Shown in pieces: positions 35,530-48,200 of a stretch of 64,000 nucleotides of DNA. This DNA comes from Escherichia coli. Lineage in GTDB: Bacteria; Pseudomonadota; Gammaproteobacteria; Enterobacterales; Enterobacteriaceae. The notes under the pieces were generated by a model. The model saw only the letters and a program-made list of their open reading frames with translations. It ran no database searches and was not told the DNA's origin. The stretch is from the NCBI RefSeq assembly GCF_017348835.2, contig NZ_CP071375.1; one strand, 5' to 3'. The stretch's first letter is position 1; every line of letters begins with the position of its first letter. The position numbers and the translations under genes were made by a program.

Positions 35530-35686
35530 AACCGGTAGCTTAGTTAAAGCTATTCGTGCGGTGTTGCCTTGCAAGTGGTCCGTGGATTGCATATTGTCCC
35601 GTTAGTGGTTTCAAAATGAGCAGTAAAAATGTCCGGAAGACACCAAAAAGTTGTCGCAGGGAAGTATGCAGTGGCGGAGGTGTAAG

Positions 35687-36382
35687 GTGATAACGCGTGA
35701 TTTCTTGATGAATGCCGATTGTAAAACGGCATTTGGTGCCATTGAAGAATCACTCTTATGGTCAGCAGAACAACGGGCGGCTTCGCTGGCGGCGACGCTG
35801 GCTTGTCGACCTGATGAGGGACCAGTGTGGATCTTCGGTTATGGATCGTTGATGTGGAATCCGGCACTGGAGTTTACCGAATCGTGCACCGGTACACTGG
35901 TTGGATGGCATCGCGCGTTTTGCCTGCGCCTGACCGCCGGGCGCGGGACTGCGCACCAGCCGGGACGGATGCTTGCACTGAAAGAGGGCGGACGCACCAC
36001 AGGCGTCGCCTATCGACTGCCTGAAGAGACGCTGGAGCAGGAACTAACCCTGTTGTGGAAGCGAGAGATGATTACCGGCTGTTATCTGCCAACCTGGTGC
36101 CAGCTTGATCTTGATGATGGACGCACAGTAAACGCCATTGTGTTTATTATGGACCCGCGACATCCAGAATATGAATCTGACACTCGCGCTCAGGTCATAG
36201 CGCCGTTGATTGCGGCGGCGAGCGGTCCGCTGGGAACCAACGCACAATACCTGTTTTCACTGGAACAGGAGCTTATCAAACTGGGAATGCAGGACGATGG
36301 GCTGAATGATTTGCTGGTATCGGTAAAAAAACTGCTGGCGGAGAATTATCCGGATGGTGTGTTAAGGCCGGGATTCGCCTGA
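35687..36382 (+). CDS. chaC: glutathione-specific gamma-glutamylcyclotransferase
   Basis: Conserved ChaC sequence from VITRDFLMNADCKTAFG...; start uncertain (ORF track start 35651). Confidence 0.88.
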   Translation: MITRDFLMNADCKTAFGAIEESLLWSAEQRAASLAATLACRPDEGPVWIFGYGSLMWNPALEFTESCTGTLVGWHRAFCLRLTAGRGTAHQPGRMLALKEGGRTTGVAYRLPEETLEQELTLLWKREMITGCYLPTWCQLDLDDGRTVNAIVFIMDPRHPEYESDTRAQVIAPLIAAASGPLGTNAQYLFSLEQELIKLGMQDDGLNDLLVSVKKLLAENYPDGVLRPGFA

Positions 36383-36425
36383 GTAAACTTCCCTCATAGT
36401 GGGGCGTCAGACGCCCCCTCAAACA

Positions 36426-36779
36426 TTAAAATGTGAGCACTTTATCGGCTGACAGCGTCCATTGCGCCAGTTCCACAAGAGCACCGATTTCCACCCCATC
36501 AATAAGAGGAAGTGTGCTAATCCCGCGCCCGTCGGTACAGGTTTTGCACAATTTCACCGGTACATTCTGAGCGGTAAGGATCTCCAGCATTTGCTGAATG
36601 TTGTAGCCTTCCCCTGGTTTTTGCCCGCGCAACCCGGCTGTGACCGCATCAGACATCAGGAACAGACGCAGATCCAGATTGCTCTCCTGCTCTCGTAACG
36701 CAATGGCCAGCCGCAAGCTGTTAAACAAGGATTCGCTCCCGTAAGGTGCGCCATTGGCAACGATCACGATTTTTTGCAT
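36426..36779 (-). CDS. ychN: DsrE/DsrF-like protein YchN
   Basis: 117 aa MQKIVIVANGAPYGSESLFNSLRLAIAL... matches YchN. Confidence 0.9.
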   Translation of the reverse strand: MQKIVIVANGAPYGSESLFNSLRLAIALREQESNLDLRLFLMSDAVTAGLRGQKPGEGYNIQQMLEILTAQNVPVKLCKTCTDGRGISTLPLIDGVEIGALVELAQWTLSADKVLTF

Positions 36780-36796
36780 TATTTACTCCTGTATTC

Positions 36797-36900
<104 letters not shown>

Positions 36901-36901
36901 T

Positions 36902-38359
<1,458 letters not shown>

Positions 38360-39010
38360 TCAGAAAATGCGCTCCTGATGCACCCATACCGCTGCTTCCA
38401 CGCGAGACTTGAGCTTCATTTTCTTCAGCATGTGCTTGACGTGCACTTTTACTGTGCTTTCGGTGATGTCCAGGCGGCGGGCAATCATCTTGTTCGGCAA
38501 ACCCTGGGCAATCAGCTTGAGAATATCGCGCTCGCGTGGGGTTAACTGGTTAACATCGCGCTCAGTCGTGGCACGGTTAGCGCGCAAGCTGGCGGCCAGA
38601 ACAGGCGTTAATGCTTCGCTTAATACCATTTCGCCAGCAGCTGCCTGATGCAATGCTTTCAGCAGATCTTCCGGTTCCATATCTTTTAACAGATAGCCAT
38701 CCGCGCCGCGTTTCAGTGCGGTGACCACATCTTCTTCATGGTTAGAGACGCTGAATACCACAATGCGCCCTGAGAGAGACTTTTCGCGCAGTTTATCCAG
38801 CGTTTCCAGACCGTTCATGCCGGGCATATTGAGATCTAACAGGATCAGATCGGGATCAAGAGATTCCGCCAGTTCAATACCCTGTTCGCCATTACTCGCT
38901 TCGCCAACCACGGTGATATCTGGTGCCATACTGATAAGCTGTTTTACGCCAGTTCGCAACATCGGGTGATCGTCGATCAGCAGGATAGTAGCCGGTTCCT
39001 GATTACTCAT
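38360..39010 (-). CDS. narL: nitrate/nitrite response regulator
   Basis: [31 protein letters not shown]... matches NarL (216 aa); ORF track entry extends into narX. Confidence 0.95.
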
Positions 39011-40799
39011 GGGTATCTCCTTGGACGTCTGTGAAAGTTTTTTCGGGAATAAAGGTGACCACCACTTCGGTGCCACCTGATTCACGACGGCGGACGCGGC
39101 AATCGCCTCGTAAACTTTGCGCACGGTCGCGCATTATTATCATGCCGTAGTGATTGCTGCGGATGGCATTTTCAGGCACGCCGCAGCCGTTATCCTGGAC
39201 GGTCAATTTGACCTGATTATCGTTTTGCGCCACCGTCACCACGACCTCACTCGCTTGCGAATGTTTGAGGGCGTTACTTAATGCCTCACGGGCAATTTGC
39301 AACAAGTGGATTGCCTGATGCGAAGGCACCAGACGAGGCGGCAATTGATAATCCAGCTTCACCGGGAAGCCAAATTTGGCGCTGTACTCTTCGCAACTCG
39401 CCTCCAGCGCCGGACGTAATCCAGGCTCGGTGAGCTGCAAGCGGAATGTGGTGAGCAATTCACGCAACTGCGCCCAGGATGCATTCAGTTCGTTACGGAT
39501 CTGACTTAACAGTTCGCGGCTGCTTTCTGGCAGCGCATCGCCCTGCATCTGTAAACAACTCACCTGCATCTTCATGCAAGAGAGAGATTGGGCAATAGAA
39601 TCATGCAGTTCGCGCGCAATGGTGGCACGCTCTTCCATCACGATCAACTGTTGCTGACGTTCCTGATGCCGATCCAGCGCCAGCGTGGCGGTGAGTTGTT
39701 CAACCAGGGTATCCACCAGTTGTTGTTGATCATGGCTAAGATGACGCCCCTGCGGCAGGGTCGCCAGCAAAATACCGTACTGCGTATGAGAGTCAGCCAG
39801 CCGCCACTTCAGGGTCGTGCCGCGATCACCAACGGGTAATACGCCGCGCGGGCAGAGCTGGCAGCCTTTATCATCACAAGTCATATCTGGCTGGCAGGTA
39901 AACTCCTGATGATTCTCTTCATCATCAGTGTCATACACCCGCAGTTCGATATCACGTAGCAGGGTTAAATTCTGTAAGCCGTTGAGTACAGGTGACAGGC
40001 GTTCACACAGCGGGGCGCGGGAATGCAAACGGCGGTTAGCCTGCCATAAAAAAGAGAGGATCTGATTTTTATGCTCCAGCCCGGCGGTTTTCTCCTGAAC
40101 CCGCTGCTCAAGTACGGCATAACTTTCGGCCAGTTCTGCAGACATATTGTTCAATGCAGTTCCAAGCATCGCCATTTCGTTGCGCCCGCTGATGTTTGCG
40201 CGTTGGGTAAAATCGCGATGGCTGACGGCACTCGCCATTGCCAGCAGTTGCCGCCACGGTTGTAGCAGTCGCGCCCGCAACCAGATAATAGTGAACACCA
40301 GTAAAAGTGCCATAAATACCGCCATTACCCGATGGACCAGTACCACTGTCTCAATGCGCATTTCCGTGGTGCGGTCAAAACCAGATACCAGCTGATCAAG
40401 CCCGGCAACAAACTGGCTGACATCCGCTGACACCGTTTCTCGGTTTTGTGCACGCATCAGCGCAGGGATCAGTTCATTACGCCAGTAATCTTGTAAACCC
40501 TGTAATTGCGCCAGTTGTCCGTCTCGTTCTGCTGCTCGAGTCAACTCGGCGCTAAATGCCGTTTGTTCCATCTCTTTAATTAAGGGCTTGTCTTTCTCGC
40601 TTAATGGCACTGCTGCCAACAGACGGTAACTTTGCATGCGCAGCGATCCCGCTTTGTTGATCGCATGGGCACTGCCCTGAACGCCTTGCACCAGCCAGCC
40701 AGAAACCGCCATCCCTGCCAGTCCAATAGCAGTAGAAAGCAACACAATAAGCGCAACCTGATTAACCAGGGTGAGCGGAGAGAGACAACGTTTAAGCAT
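39003..40799 (-). CDS. narX: nitrate/nitrite sensor histidine kinase
   Basis: 598 aa; HAMP, H-box ([11 protein letters not shown]) and ATPase motifs; matches NarX. Confidence 0.95.
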
Positions 40800-40914
40800 G
40801 TAAACCTCTTCCTTCTGGCTTTAAATGAGCAATAACCTTAATGAATGTGACGATACATTCTGGAATGGCAGTATTCTCGGCTATTGGCTGAAGTATACCC
40901 ATACCCGGAAAGAG

Positions 40915-40921
40915 TTACTCC
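40915..40921 (+). promoter_or_regulatory. candidate NarL heptamer (TACTCCT) in narX-narK intergenic region
   Basis: Sequence tactcct fits TACYYMT consensus; position relative to narK promoter plausible but not established. Confidence 0.3.
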
Positions 40922-41064
40922 TTATTTGCCGTGTGGTTAGTCGCTTTACATCGGTAAGGGTAGGGATTCTACAGCACCGTGAAAAATCTCATAATTTTTA
41001 TGAAATCACTGTACTCACTATGGGTAGTGATAAATATCAATGATAGATAAAGTTATCTTATCGT

Positions 41065-41078
41065 TTGATTTACATCAA
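41065..41078 (+). promoter_or_regulatory. FNR binding site upstream of narK
   Basis: Perfect TTGAT-N4-ATCAA palindrome (ttgatttacatcaa) about 60 bp upstream of narK start. Confidence 0.8.
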
Positions 41079-41137
41079 ATTGCCTTTAGCTACAGACACT
41101 AAGGTGGCAGACATCGAAACGAGTATCAGAGGTGTCT

Positions 41138-42529
41138 ATGAGTCACTCATCCGCCCCCGAAAGGGCTACTGGAGCTGTCATTACAGATTGGCGACCGGAA
41201 GATCCTGCGTTCTGGCAACAACGCGGTCAACGTATTGCCAGCCGCAACCTGTGGATTTCCGTTCCCTGTCTGCTGCTGGCGTTTTGCGTATGGATGTTGT
41301 TCAGCGCTGTTGCGGTGAACTTACCGAAAGTCGGTTTTAATTTTACGACCGATCAGCTATTTATGTTGACTGCGCTGCCTTCGGTTTCTGGCGCGTTATT
41401 ACGTGTTCCATACTCCTTTATGGTTCCTATCTTCGGTGGTCGTCGCTGGACGGCGTTCAGCACCGGTATTCTGATTATTCCTTGCGTCTGGCTGGGTTTT
41501 GCCGTGCAGGATACCTCCACGCCTTATAGCGTCTTCATCATCATCTCTCTGCTGTGCGGCTTTGCTGGCGCGAACTTCGCATCCAGTATGGCAAACATCA
41601 GCTTCTTCTTTCCGAAACAGAAGCAGGGTGGCGCGCTGGGTCTGAATGGTGGTCTGGGCAACATGGGCGTCAGCGTCATGCAGTTGGTTGCTCCGCTGGT
41701 GGTATCACTGTCGATTTTCGCAGTATTTGGTAGCCAGGGCGTCAAACAGCCGGATGGGACTGAGCTGTATCTGGCGAATGCGTCCTGGATATGGGTGCCG
41801 TTCCTTGCCATCTTCACCATTGCGGCGTGGTTTGGCATGAACGATCTTGCTACCTCGAAAGCCTCCATCAAGGAGCAGTTGCCGGTACTCAAACGGGGTC
41901 ATCTGTGGATTATGAGCCTGCTGTATCTGGCAACCTTCGGCTCCTTTATCGGCTTCTCCGCGGGCTTTGCGATGCTGTCAAAAACGCAGTTCCCGGATGT
42001 TCAGATTCTGCAATACGCTTTCTTCGGGCCGTTTATTGGTGCGCTGGCGCGTTCTGCAGGTGGTGCATTATCTGACCGTCTGGGCGGAACTCGTGTCACG
42101 CTGGTGAACTTTATTCTGATGGCGATTTTCAGCGGCCTGCTGTTCCTGACCTTACCGACTGACGGGCAGGGCGGAAGCTTCATGGCGTTCTTCGCGGTCT
42201 TCCTGGCGCTGTTCCTGACAGCTGGGCTGGGTAGTGGTTCCACTTTCCAGATGATTTCAGTGATCTTCCGTAAACTGACAATGGATCGCGTGAAAGCAGA
42301 AGGGGGTTCTGACGAACGTGCGATGCGTGAAGCGGCAACCGACACGGCGGCGGCGCTGGGTTTCATCTCTGCGATTGGCGCGATTGGTGGCTTCTTTATC
42401 CCGAAAGCGTTTGGTAGCTCGCTGGCATTAACGGGTTCGCCAGTCGGCGCAATGAAGGTATTTTTGATTTTCTATATCGCCTGCGTAGTGATTACCTGGG
42501 CGGTATATGGTCGGCATTCTAAAAAATAA
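41138..42529 (+). CDS. narK: nitrate/nitrite antiporter (MFS)
   Basis: MSHSSAPERATGAVITDWRPEDPAFWQQ... matches NarK (463 aa). Confidence 0.95.
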   Translation: MSHSSAPERATGAVITDWRPEDPAFWQQRGQRIASRNLWISVPCLLLAFCVWMLFSAVAVNLPKVGFNFTTDQLFMLTALPSVSGALLRVPYSFMVPIFGGRRWTAFSTGILIIPCVWLGFAVQDTSTPYSVFIIISLLCGFAGANFASSMANISFFFPKQKQGGALGLNGGLGNMGVSVMQLVAPLVVSLSIFAVFGSQGVKQPDGTELYLANASWIWVPFLAIFTIAAWFGMNDLATSKASIKEQLPVLKRGHLWIMSLLYLATFGSFIGFSAGFAMLSKTQFPDVQILQYAFFGPFIGALARSAGGALSDRLGGTRVTLVNFILMAIFSGLLFLTLPTDGQGGSFMAFFAVFLALFLTAGLGSGSTFQMISVIFRKLTMDRVKAEGGSDERAMREAATDTAAALGFISAIGAIGGFFIPKAFGSSLALTGSPVGAMKVFLIFYIACVVITWAVYGRHSKK

Positions 42530-42653
42530 ATCTTAATATTTGATTATCCTTTGCGCGGCATGATGTCGCGCTTTTTTTATGCGTCATTTAGTTACAACAT
42601 ACTAACGTTATATGGTTTATTTCGCCGGATTTAATTAAGAGCCATTAATACGT

Positions 42654-42683
42654 TACCCATGGGGAATACTCCTTAATACCCAT
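42654..42683 (+). promoter_or_regulatory. NarL heptamer cluster upstream of narG
   Basis: tacccat (42654-42660), tactcct (42667-42673), tacccat (42677-42683), all fitting TACYYMT, about 200 bp upstream of the narG FNR site. Confidence 0.65.
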
Positions 42684-42816
42684 TTGCATAAAAATCTTAA
42701 TAGTTTAAATAACTACAGGTATAAAACATCTTAATTTACAGCATGTTATGCTGTAACTGTTAATTATCCTAAAGGGGTATCTTAGGAATTTACTTTATTT
42801 TTCATCCCCATCACTC

Positions 42817-42830
42817 TTGATCGTTATCAA
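42817..42830 (+). promoter_or_regulatory. FNR binding site of narG promoter
   Basis: Perfect TTGAT-N4-ATCAA (ttgatcgttatcaa) about 90 bp upstream of narG ATG. Confidence 0.85.
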
Positions 42831-42921
42831 TTCCCACGCTGTTTCAGAGCGTTACCTTGCCCTTAAACATTAGCAATGTCGATTTATCAGAGGGCCGACA
42901 GGCTCCCACAGGAGAAAACCG

Positions 42922-45900
42922 ATGAGTAAATTCCTGGACCGGTTTCGCTACTTCAAACAGAAGGGTGAAACCTTTGCCGATGGGCATGGCCAGCTTCTCA
43001 ATACCAACCGTGACTGGGAGGATGGATATCGCCAGCGTTGGCAGCATGACAAAATCGTCCGCTCTACCCACGGGGTAAACTGCACCGGCTCCTGCAGCTG
43101 GAAAATCTACGTCAAAAACGGTCTGGTCACCTGGGAAACCCAGCAGACTGACTACCCGCGTACCCGTCCGGATCTGCCAAACCATGAACCTCGCGGCTGC
43201 CCGCGCGGTGCCAGCTACTCCTGGTATCTTTACAGTGCCAACCGCCTGAAATACCCGATGATGCGCAAACGCCTGATGAAAATGTGGCGTGAAGCGAAGG
43301 CGCTGCATAGCGATCCGGTTGAGGCATGGGCTTCTATCATTGAAGACGCCGATAAAGCGAAAAGCTTTAAGCAGGCGCGTGGACGCGGTGGTTTTGTTCG
43401 TTCTTCCTGGCAGGAGGTGAACGAACTGATCGCCGCATCTAACGTTTACACCATCAAAAACTACGGCCCGGACCGTGTTGCTGGTTTCTCGCCAATTCCG
43501 GCAATGTCGATGGTTTCTTACGCATCGGGTGCACGCTATCTCTCGCTGATTGGCGGTACTTGCTTAAGCTTCTACGACTGGTACTGCGACCTGCCTCCTG
43601 CGTCTCCGCAAACCTGGGGCGAGCAAACTGACGTACCGGAATCTGCTGACTGGTACAACTCCAGCTACATCATCGCCTGGGGTTCAAACGTGCCGCAGAC
43701 GCGTACCCCGGATGCTCACTTCTTTACTGAAGTGCGTTACAAAGGCACCAAAACTGTTGCCGTCACACCAGACTACGCTGAAATCGCCAAACTGTGCGAT
43801 CTGTGGCTGGCACCGAAACAGGGCACCGATGCGGCAATGGCGCTGGCGATGGGCCACGTAATGCTGCGTGAATTCCACCTCGACAACCCAAGCCAGTATT
43901 TCACCGACTATGTGCGTCGCTACACCGACATGCCGATGCTGGTGATGCTGGAAGAACGCGACGGTTACTACGCTGCAGGTCGTATGCTGCGCGCTGCTGA
44001 TCTGGTTGATGCGCTGGGCCAGGAAAACAATCCGGAATGGAAAACTGTCGCCTTTAATACCAATGGCGAAATGGTTGCGCCGAACGGTTCTATTGGCTTC
44101 CGCTGGGGCGAGAAGGGCAAATGGAATCTTGAGCAGCGCGACGGCAAAACTGGCGAAGAAACCGAGCTGCAACTGAGCCTGCTGGGTAGCCAGGATGAGA
44201 TCGCTGAGGTAGGCTTCCCGTACTTTGGTGGCGACGGCACGGAACACTTCAACAAAGTGGAACTGGAAAACGTGCTGCTGCACAAACTGCCGGTGAAACG
44301 CCTGCAACTGGCTGATGGCAGCACCGCCTTGGTGACCACCGTTTATGATCTGACGCTGGCAAACTACGGTCTGGAACGTGGCCTGAACGACGTTAACTGT
44401 GCAACCAGCTATGACGATGTGAAAGCTTATACCCCGGCCTGGGCCGAGCAGATTACCGGCGTTTCTCGCAGCCAGATTATTCGCATCGCCCGTGAATTTG
44501 CCGATAACGCTGATAAAACGCACGGTCGTTCGATGATTATCGTCGGTGCGGGGCTGAACCACTGGTATCACCTCGATATGAACTATCGTGGTCTGATCAA
44601 CATGCTGATTTTCTGCGGCTGTGTCGGTCAGAGCGGGGGCGGCTGGGCGCACTATGTAGGTCAGGAAAAACTGCGTCCGCAAACCGGCTGGCAGCCGCTG
44701 GCGTTTGCCCTTGACTGGCAGCGTCCGGCGCGTCACATGAACAGCACTTCTTATTTCTATAACCACTCCAGCCAGTGGCGTTATGAAACCGTCACGGCGG
44801 AAGAGTTGCTGTCACCGATGGCGGATAAATCCCGTTATACCGGACACCTGATCGACTTTAACGTCCGTGCGGAACGCATGGGCTGGCTGCCGTCTGCACC
44901 GCAGTTAGGCACTAACCCGCTGACTATCGCTGGCGAAGCGGAAAAAGCCGGGATGAATCCGGTGGACTATACGGTGAAATCCCTGAAAGAGGGTTCCATC
45001 CGTTTTGCGGCAGAACAACCAGAAAACGGTAAAAACCACCCGCGCAACCTGTTCATCTGGCGTTCTAACCTGCTCGGTTCTTCCGGTAAAGGTCATGAGT
45101 TTATGCTCAAGTACCTGCTGGGGACGGAGCACGGTATCCAGGGTAAAGATCTGGGGCAGCAGGGCGGCGTGAAGCCGGAAGAAGTGGACTGGCAGGACAA
45201 TGGTCTGGAAGGCAAGCTGGATCTGGTGGTTACGCTGGACTTCCGTCTGTCGAGCACCTGTCTCTATTCCGACATCATTTTGCCGACGGCGACCTGGTAC
45301 GAAAAAGACGACATGAATACTTCGGATATGCATCCGTTTATTCACCCGCTGTCTGCGGCAGTCGATCCGGCCTGGGAAGCGAAAAGCGACTGGGAAATCT
45401 ACAAAGCCATCGCGAAGAAATTCTCCGAAGTGTGCGTCGGCCATCTGGGTAAAGAAACCGACATCGTCACGCTGCCTATCCAGCACGACTCTGCCGCTGA
45501 ACTGGCGCAGCCGCTGGATGTGAAAGACTGGAAAAAAGGCGAATGCGACCTGATCCCAGGCAAAACTGCACCGCACATTATGGTCGTAGAGCGCGATTAT
45601 CCGGCAACTTACGAACGCTTTACCTCTATCGGCCCGCTGATGGAGAAAATCGGTAACGGCGGTAAAGGGATTGCCTGGAACACCCAGAGCGAGATGGATC
45701 TGCTGCGTAAGCTCAACTACACCAAAGCGGAAGGTCCGGCGAAAGGCCAGCCGATGCTGAACACCGCAATTGATGCGGCAGAGATGATCCTGACACTGGC
45801 ACCGGAAACCAACGGTCAGGTAGCCGTGAAAGCCTGGGCTGCCCTGAGCGAATTTACCGGTCGTGACCATACGCATCTGGCGCTGAATAAAGAAGACGAG

Positions 45901-46665
45901 AAGATCCGCTTCCGCGATATTCAGGCACAGCCGCGCAAAATTATCTCCAGCCCGACCTGGTCTGGTCTGGAAGATGAACATGTTTCTTACAACGCCGGTT
46001 ACACCAACGTTCACGAGCTGATCCCATGGCGTACGCTCTCTGGTCGTCAGCAACTGTATCAGGATCACCAGTGGATGCGTGATTTCGGTGAAAGCCTGCT
46101 GGTTTATCGTCCGCCGATCGACACCCGTTCGGTGAAAGAAGTGATAGGCCAGAAATCCAACGGCAACCCGGAAAAAGCGCTCAACTTCCTGACGCCGCAC
46201 CAGAAGTGGGGTATCCACTCCACCTACAGCGACAACCTGCTGATGCTGACTTTAGGTCGCGGTGGGCCGGTGGTCTGGTTGAGTGAAGCCGATGCCAAAG
46301 ATCTGGGTATCGCCGATAACGACTGGATTGAAGTATTCAACAGCAACGGTGCTCTGACTGCCCGTGCGGTTGTCAGCCAGCGTGTTCCGGCAGGGATGAC
46401 CATGATGTACCACGCGCAGGAACGTATCGTTAACCTGCCTGGTTCGGAAATTACCCAACAGCGTGGTGGTATCCATAACTCGGTCACCCGTATCACGCCG
46501 AAACCGACGCATATGATCGGCGGCTATGCCCATCTGGCATACGGCTTTAACTACTACGGCACCGTAGGTTCTAACCGCGATGAGTTTGTTGTAGTGCGTA
46601 AGATGAAGAACATTGACTGGTTAGATGGCGAAGGCAATGACCAGGTACAGGAGAGCGTAAAATGA
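42922..46665 (+). CDS. narG: respiratory nitrate reductase A alpha subunit
   Basis: 1247 aa; N-terminal FeS motif HGVNCTGSCSWKIY; matches NarG. Confidence 0.97.
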   Translation: MSKFLDRFRYFKQKGETFADGHGQLLNTNRDWEDGYRQRWQHDKIVRSTHGVNCTGSCSWKIYVKNGLVTWETQQTDYPRTRPDLPNHEPRGCPRGASYSWYLYSANRLKYPMMRKRLMKMWREAKALHSDPVEAWASIIEDADKAKSFKQARGRGGFVRSSWQEVNELIAASNVYTIKNYGPDRVAGFSPIPAMSMVSYASGARYLSLIGGTCLSFYDWYCDLPPASPQTWGEQTDVPESADWYNSSYIIAWGSNVPQTRTPDAHFFTEVRYKGTKTVAVTPDYAEIAKLCDLWLAPKQGTDAAMALAMGHVMLREFHLDNPSQYFTDYVRRYTDMPMLVMLEERDGYYAAGRMLRAADLVDALGQENNPEWKTVAFNTNGEMVAPNGSIGFRWGEKGKWNLEQRDGKTGEETELQLSLLGSQDEIAEVGFPYFGGDGTEHFNKVELENVLLHKLPVKRLQLADGSTALVTTVYDLTLANYGLERGLNDVNCATSYDDVKAYTPAWAEQITGVSRSQIIRIAREFADNADKTHGRSMIIVGAGLNHWYHLDMNYRGLINMLIFCGCVGQSGGGWAHYVGQEKLRPQTGWQPLAFALDWQRPARHMNSTSYFYNHSSQWRYETVTAEELLSPMADKSRYTGHLIDFNVRAERMGWLPSAPQLGTNPLTIAGEAEKAGMNPVDYTVKSLKEGSIRFAAEQPENGKNHPRNLFIWRSNLLGSSGKGHEFMLKYLLGTEHGIQGKDLGQQGGVKPEEVDWQDNGLEGKLDLVVTLDFRLSSTCLYSDIILPTATWYEKDDMNTSDMHPFIHPLSAAVDPAWEAKSDWEIYKAIAKKFSEVCVGHLGKETDIVTLPIQHDSAAELAQPLDVKDWKKGECDLIPGKTAPHIMVVERDYPATYERFTSIGPLMEKIGNGGKGIAWNTQSEMDLLRKLNYTKAEGPAKGQPMLNTAIDAAEMILTLAPETNGQVAVKAWAALSEFTGRDHTHLALNKEDEKIRFRDIQAQPRKIISSPTWSGLEDEHVSYNAGYTNVHELIPWRTLSGRQQLYQDHQWMRDFGESLLVYRPPIDTRSVKEVIGQKSNGNPEKALNFLTPHQKWGIHSTYSDNLLMLTLGRGGPVVWLSEADAKDLGIADNDWIEVFNSNGALTARAVVSQRVPAGMTMMYHAQERIVNLPGSEITQQRGGIHNSVTRITPKPTHMIGGYAHLAYGFNYYGTVGSNRDEFVVVRKMKNIDWLDGEGNDQVQESVK

Positions 46666-48200
46666 AAATTCGTTCACAAGTCGGCATGGTGCTGAATCTC
46701 GATAAGTGCATCGGCTGCCACACCTGTTCAGTTACCTGTAAAAACGTCTGGACCAGCCGTGAAGGCGTGGAATACGCGTGGTTCAACAACGTGGAAACCA
46801 AGCCGGGCCAGGGCTTCCCGACTGACTGGGAAAACCAGGAAAAATACAAAGGCGGCTGGATCCGTAAAATCAACGGCAAACTGCAGCCGCGCATGGGTAA
46901 CCGTGCCATGCTGCTGGGTAAAATCTTCGCTAACCCGCATCTGCCGGGGATCGACGATTATTACGAGCCGTTCGATTTTGACTATCAGAACCTGCATACC
47001 GCGCCGGAAGGCAGCAAATCACAGCCGATTGCCCGTCCGCGTTCGCTGATTACCGGGGAACGGATGGCGAAAATCGAAAAAGGGCCGAACTGGGAAGATG
47101 ACCTGGGCGGTGAGTTTGACAAGCTGGCGAAAGACAAGAACTTCGACAACATCCAGAAGGCGATGTATAGCCAGTTCGAAAACACCTTCATGATGTATTT
47201 GCCGCGCCTGTGCGAACACTGCCTGAACCCGGCATGTGTGGCGACCTGCCCGAGCGGTGCGATTTACAAGCGTGAAGAAGATGGCATCGTCCTGATCGAC
47301 CAGGATAAATGCCGTGGCTGGCGTATGTGCATCACCGGATGCCCGTACAAAAAAATCTACTTCAACTGGAAGAGCGGTAAGTCTGAGAAGTGCATCTTCT
47401 GCTATCCGCGTATTGAAGCGGGTCAGCCGACCGTGTGCTCAGAAACCTGTGTCGGTCGTATCCGTTATCTTGGCGTGCTGCTGTACGATGCCGACGCGAT
47501 TGAACGTGCAGCCAGCACCGAGAACGAGAAAGATCTCTACCAGCGTCAGCTGGAGGTGTTCCTCGATCCGAACGATCCGAAAGTCATCGAGCAGGCGATT
47601 AAAGACGGTATTCCGCTGAGCGTTATTGAAGCTGCACAGCAGTCGCCGGTTTATAAAATGGCAATGGAATGGAAACTGGCGCTGCCGCTGCATCCAGAAT
47701 ATCGCACACTGCCGATGGTCTGGTACGTGCCGCCTCTGTCTCCGATTCAGTCTGCAGCAGACGCGGGTGAGCTGGGTAGCAACGGCATTCTGCCAGACGT
47801 CGAAAGCCTGCGTATTCCGGTACAGTATCTGGCGAATCTGCTGACCGCCGGTGATACCAAACCGGTACTGCGCGCGCTGAAACGTATGCTGGCGATGCGT
47901 CATTACAAACGTGCTGAAACCGTTGACGGTAAAGTTGATACCCGTGCGCTGGAAGAGGTCGGTCTGACCGAAGCCCAGGCACAGGAGATGTACCGTTATC
48001 TGGCGATTGCTAACTACGAAGATCGCTTTGTGGTGCCGAGTAGTCATCGTGAACTGGCACGGGAAGCCTTCCCGGAGAAAAATGGCTGCGGCTTTACCTT
48101 TGGTGATGGCTGCCACGGTTCAGATACCAAATTCAATCTGTTCAACAGCCGTCGTATCGATGCCATCGATGTGACCAGCAAAACGGAGCCGCATCCATGA
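46662..48200 (+). CDS. narH: nitrate reductase A beta subunit
   Basis: 512 aa with multiple Cys clusters (CIGCHTCSVTC...); matches NarH. Confidence 0.97.
   Translation: MKIRSQVGMVLNLDKCIGCHTCSVTCKNVWTSREGVEYAWFNNVETKPGQGFPTDWENQEKYKGGWIRKINGKLQPRMGNRAMLLGKIFANPHLPGIDDYYEPFDFDYQNLHTAPEGSKSQPIARPRSLITGERMAKIEKGPNWEDDLGGEFDKLAKDKNFDNIQKAMYSQFENTFMMYLPRLCEHCLNPACVATCPSGAIYKREEDGIVLIDQDKCRGWRMCITGCPYKKIYFNWKSGKSEKCIFCYPRIEAGQPTVCSETCVGRIRYLGVLLYDADAIERAASTENEKDLYQRQLEVFLDPNDPKVIEQAIKDGIPLSVIEAAQQSPVYKMAMEWKLALPLHPEYRTLPMVWYVPPLSPIQSAADAGELGSNGILPDVESLRIPVQYLANLLTAGDTKPVLRALKRMLAMRHYKRAETVDGKVDTRALEEVGLTEAQAQEMYRYLAIANYEDRFVVPSSHRELAREAFPEKNGCGFTFGDGCHGSDTKFNLFNSRRIDAIDVTSKTEPHP

Noticed and set aside
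43684-46218. Long minus-strand ORFs (360 and 437 aa) inside narG
   Set aside because: They lie antisense to a highly conserved gene with full-length NarG translation; such stop-free antisense frames are common in GC-rich coding DNA.
47439-48116. 225-aa minus-strand ORF inside narH
   Set aside because: Antisense to conserved NarH; no motifs.
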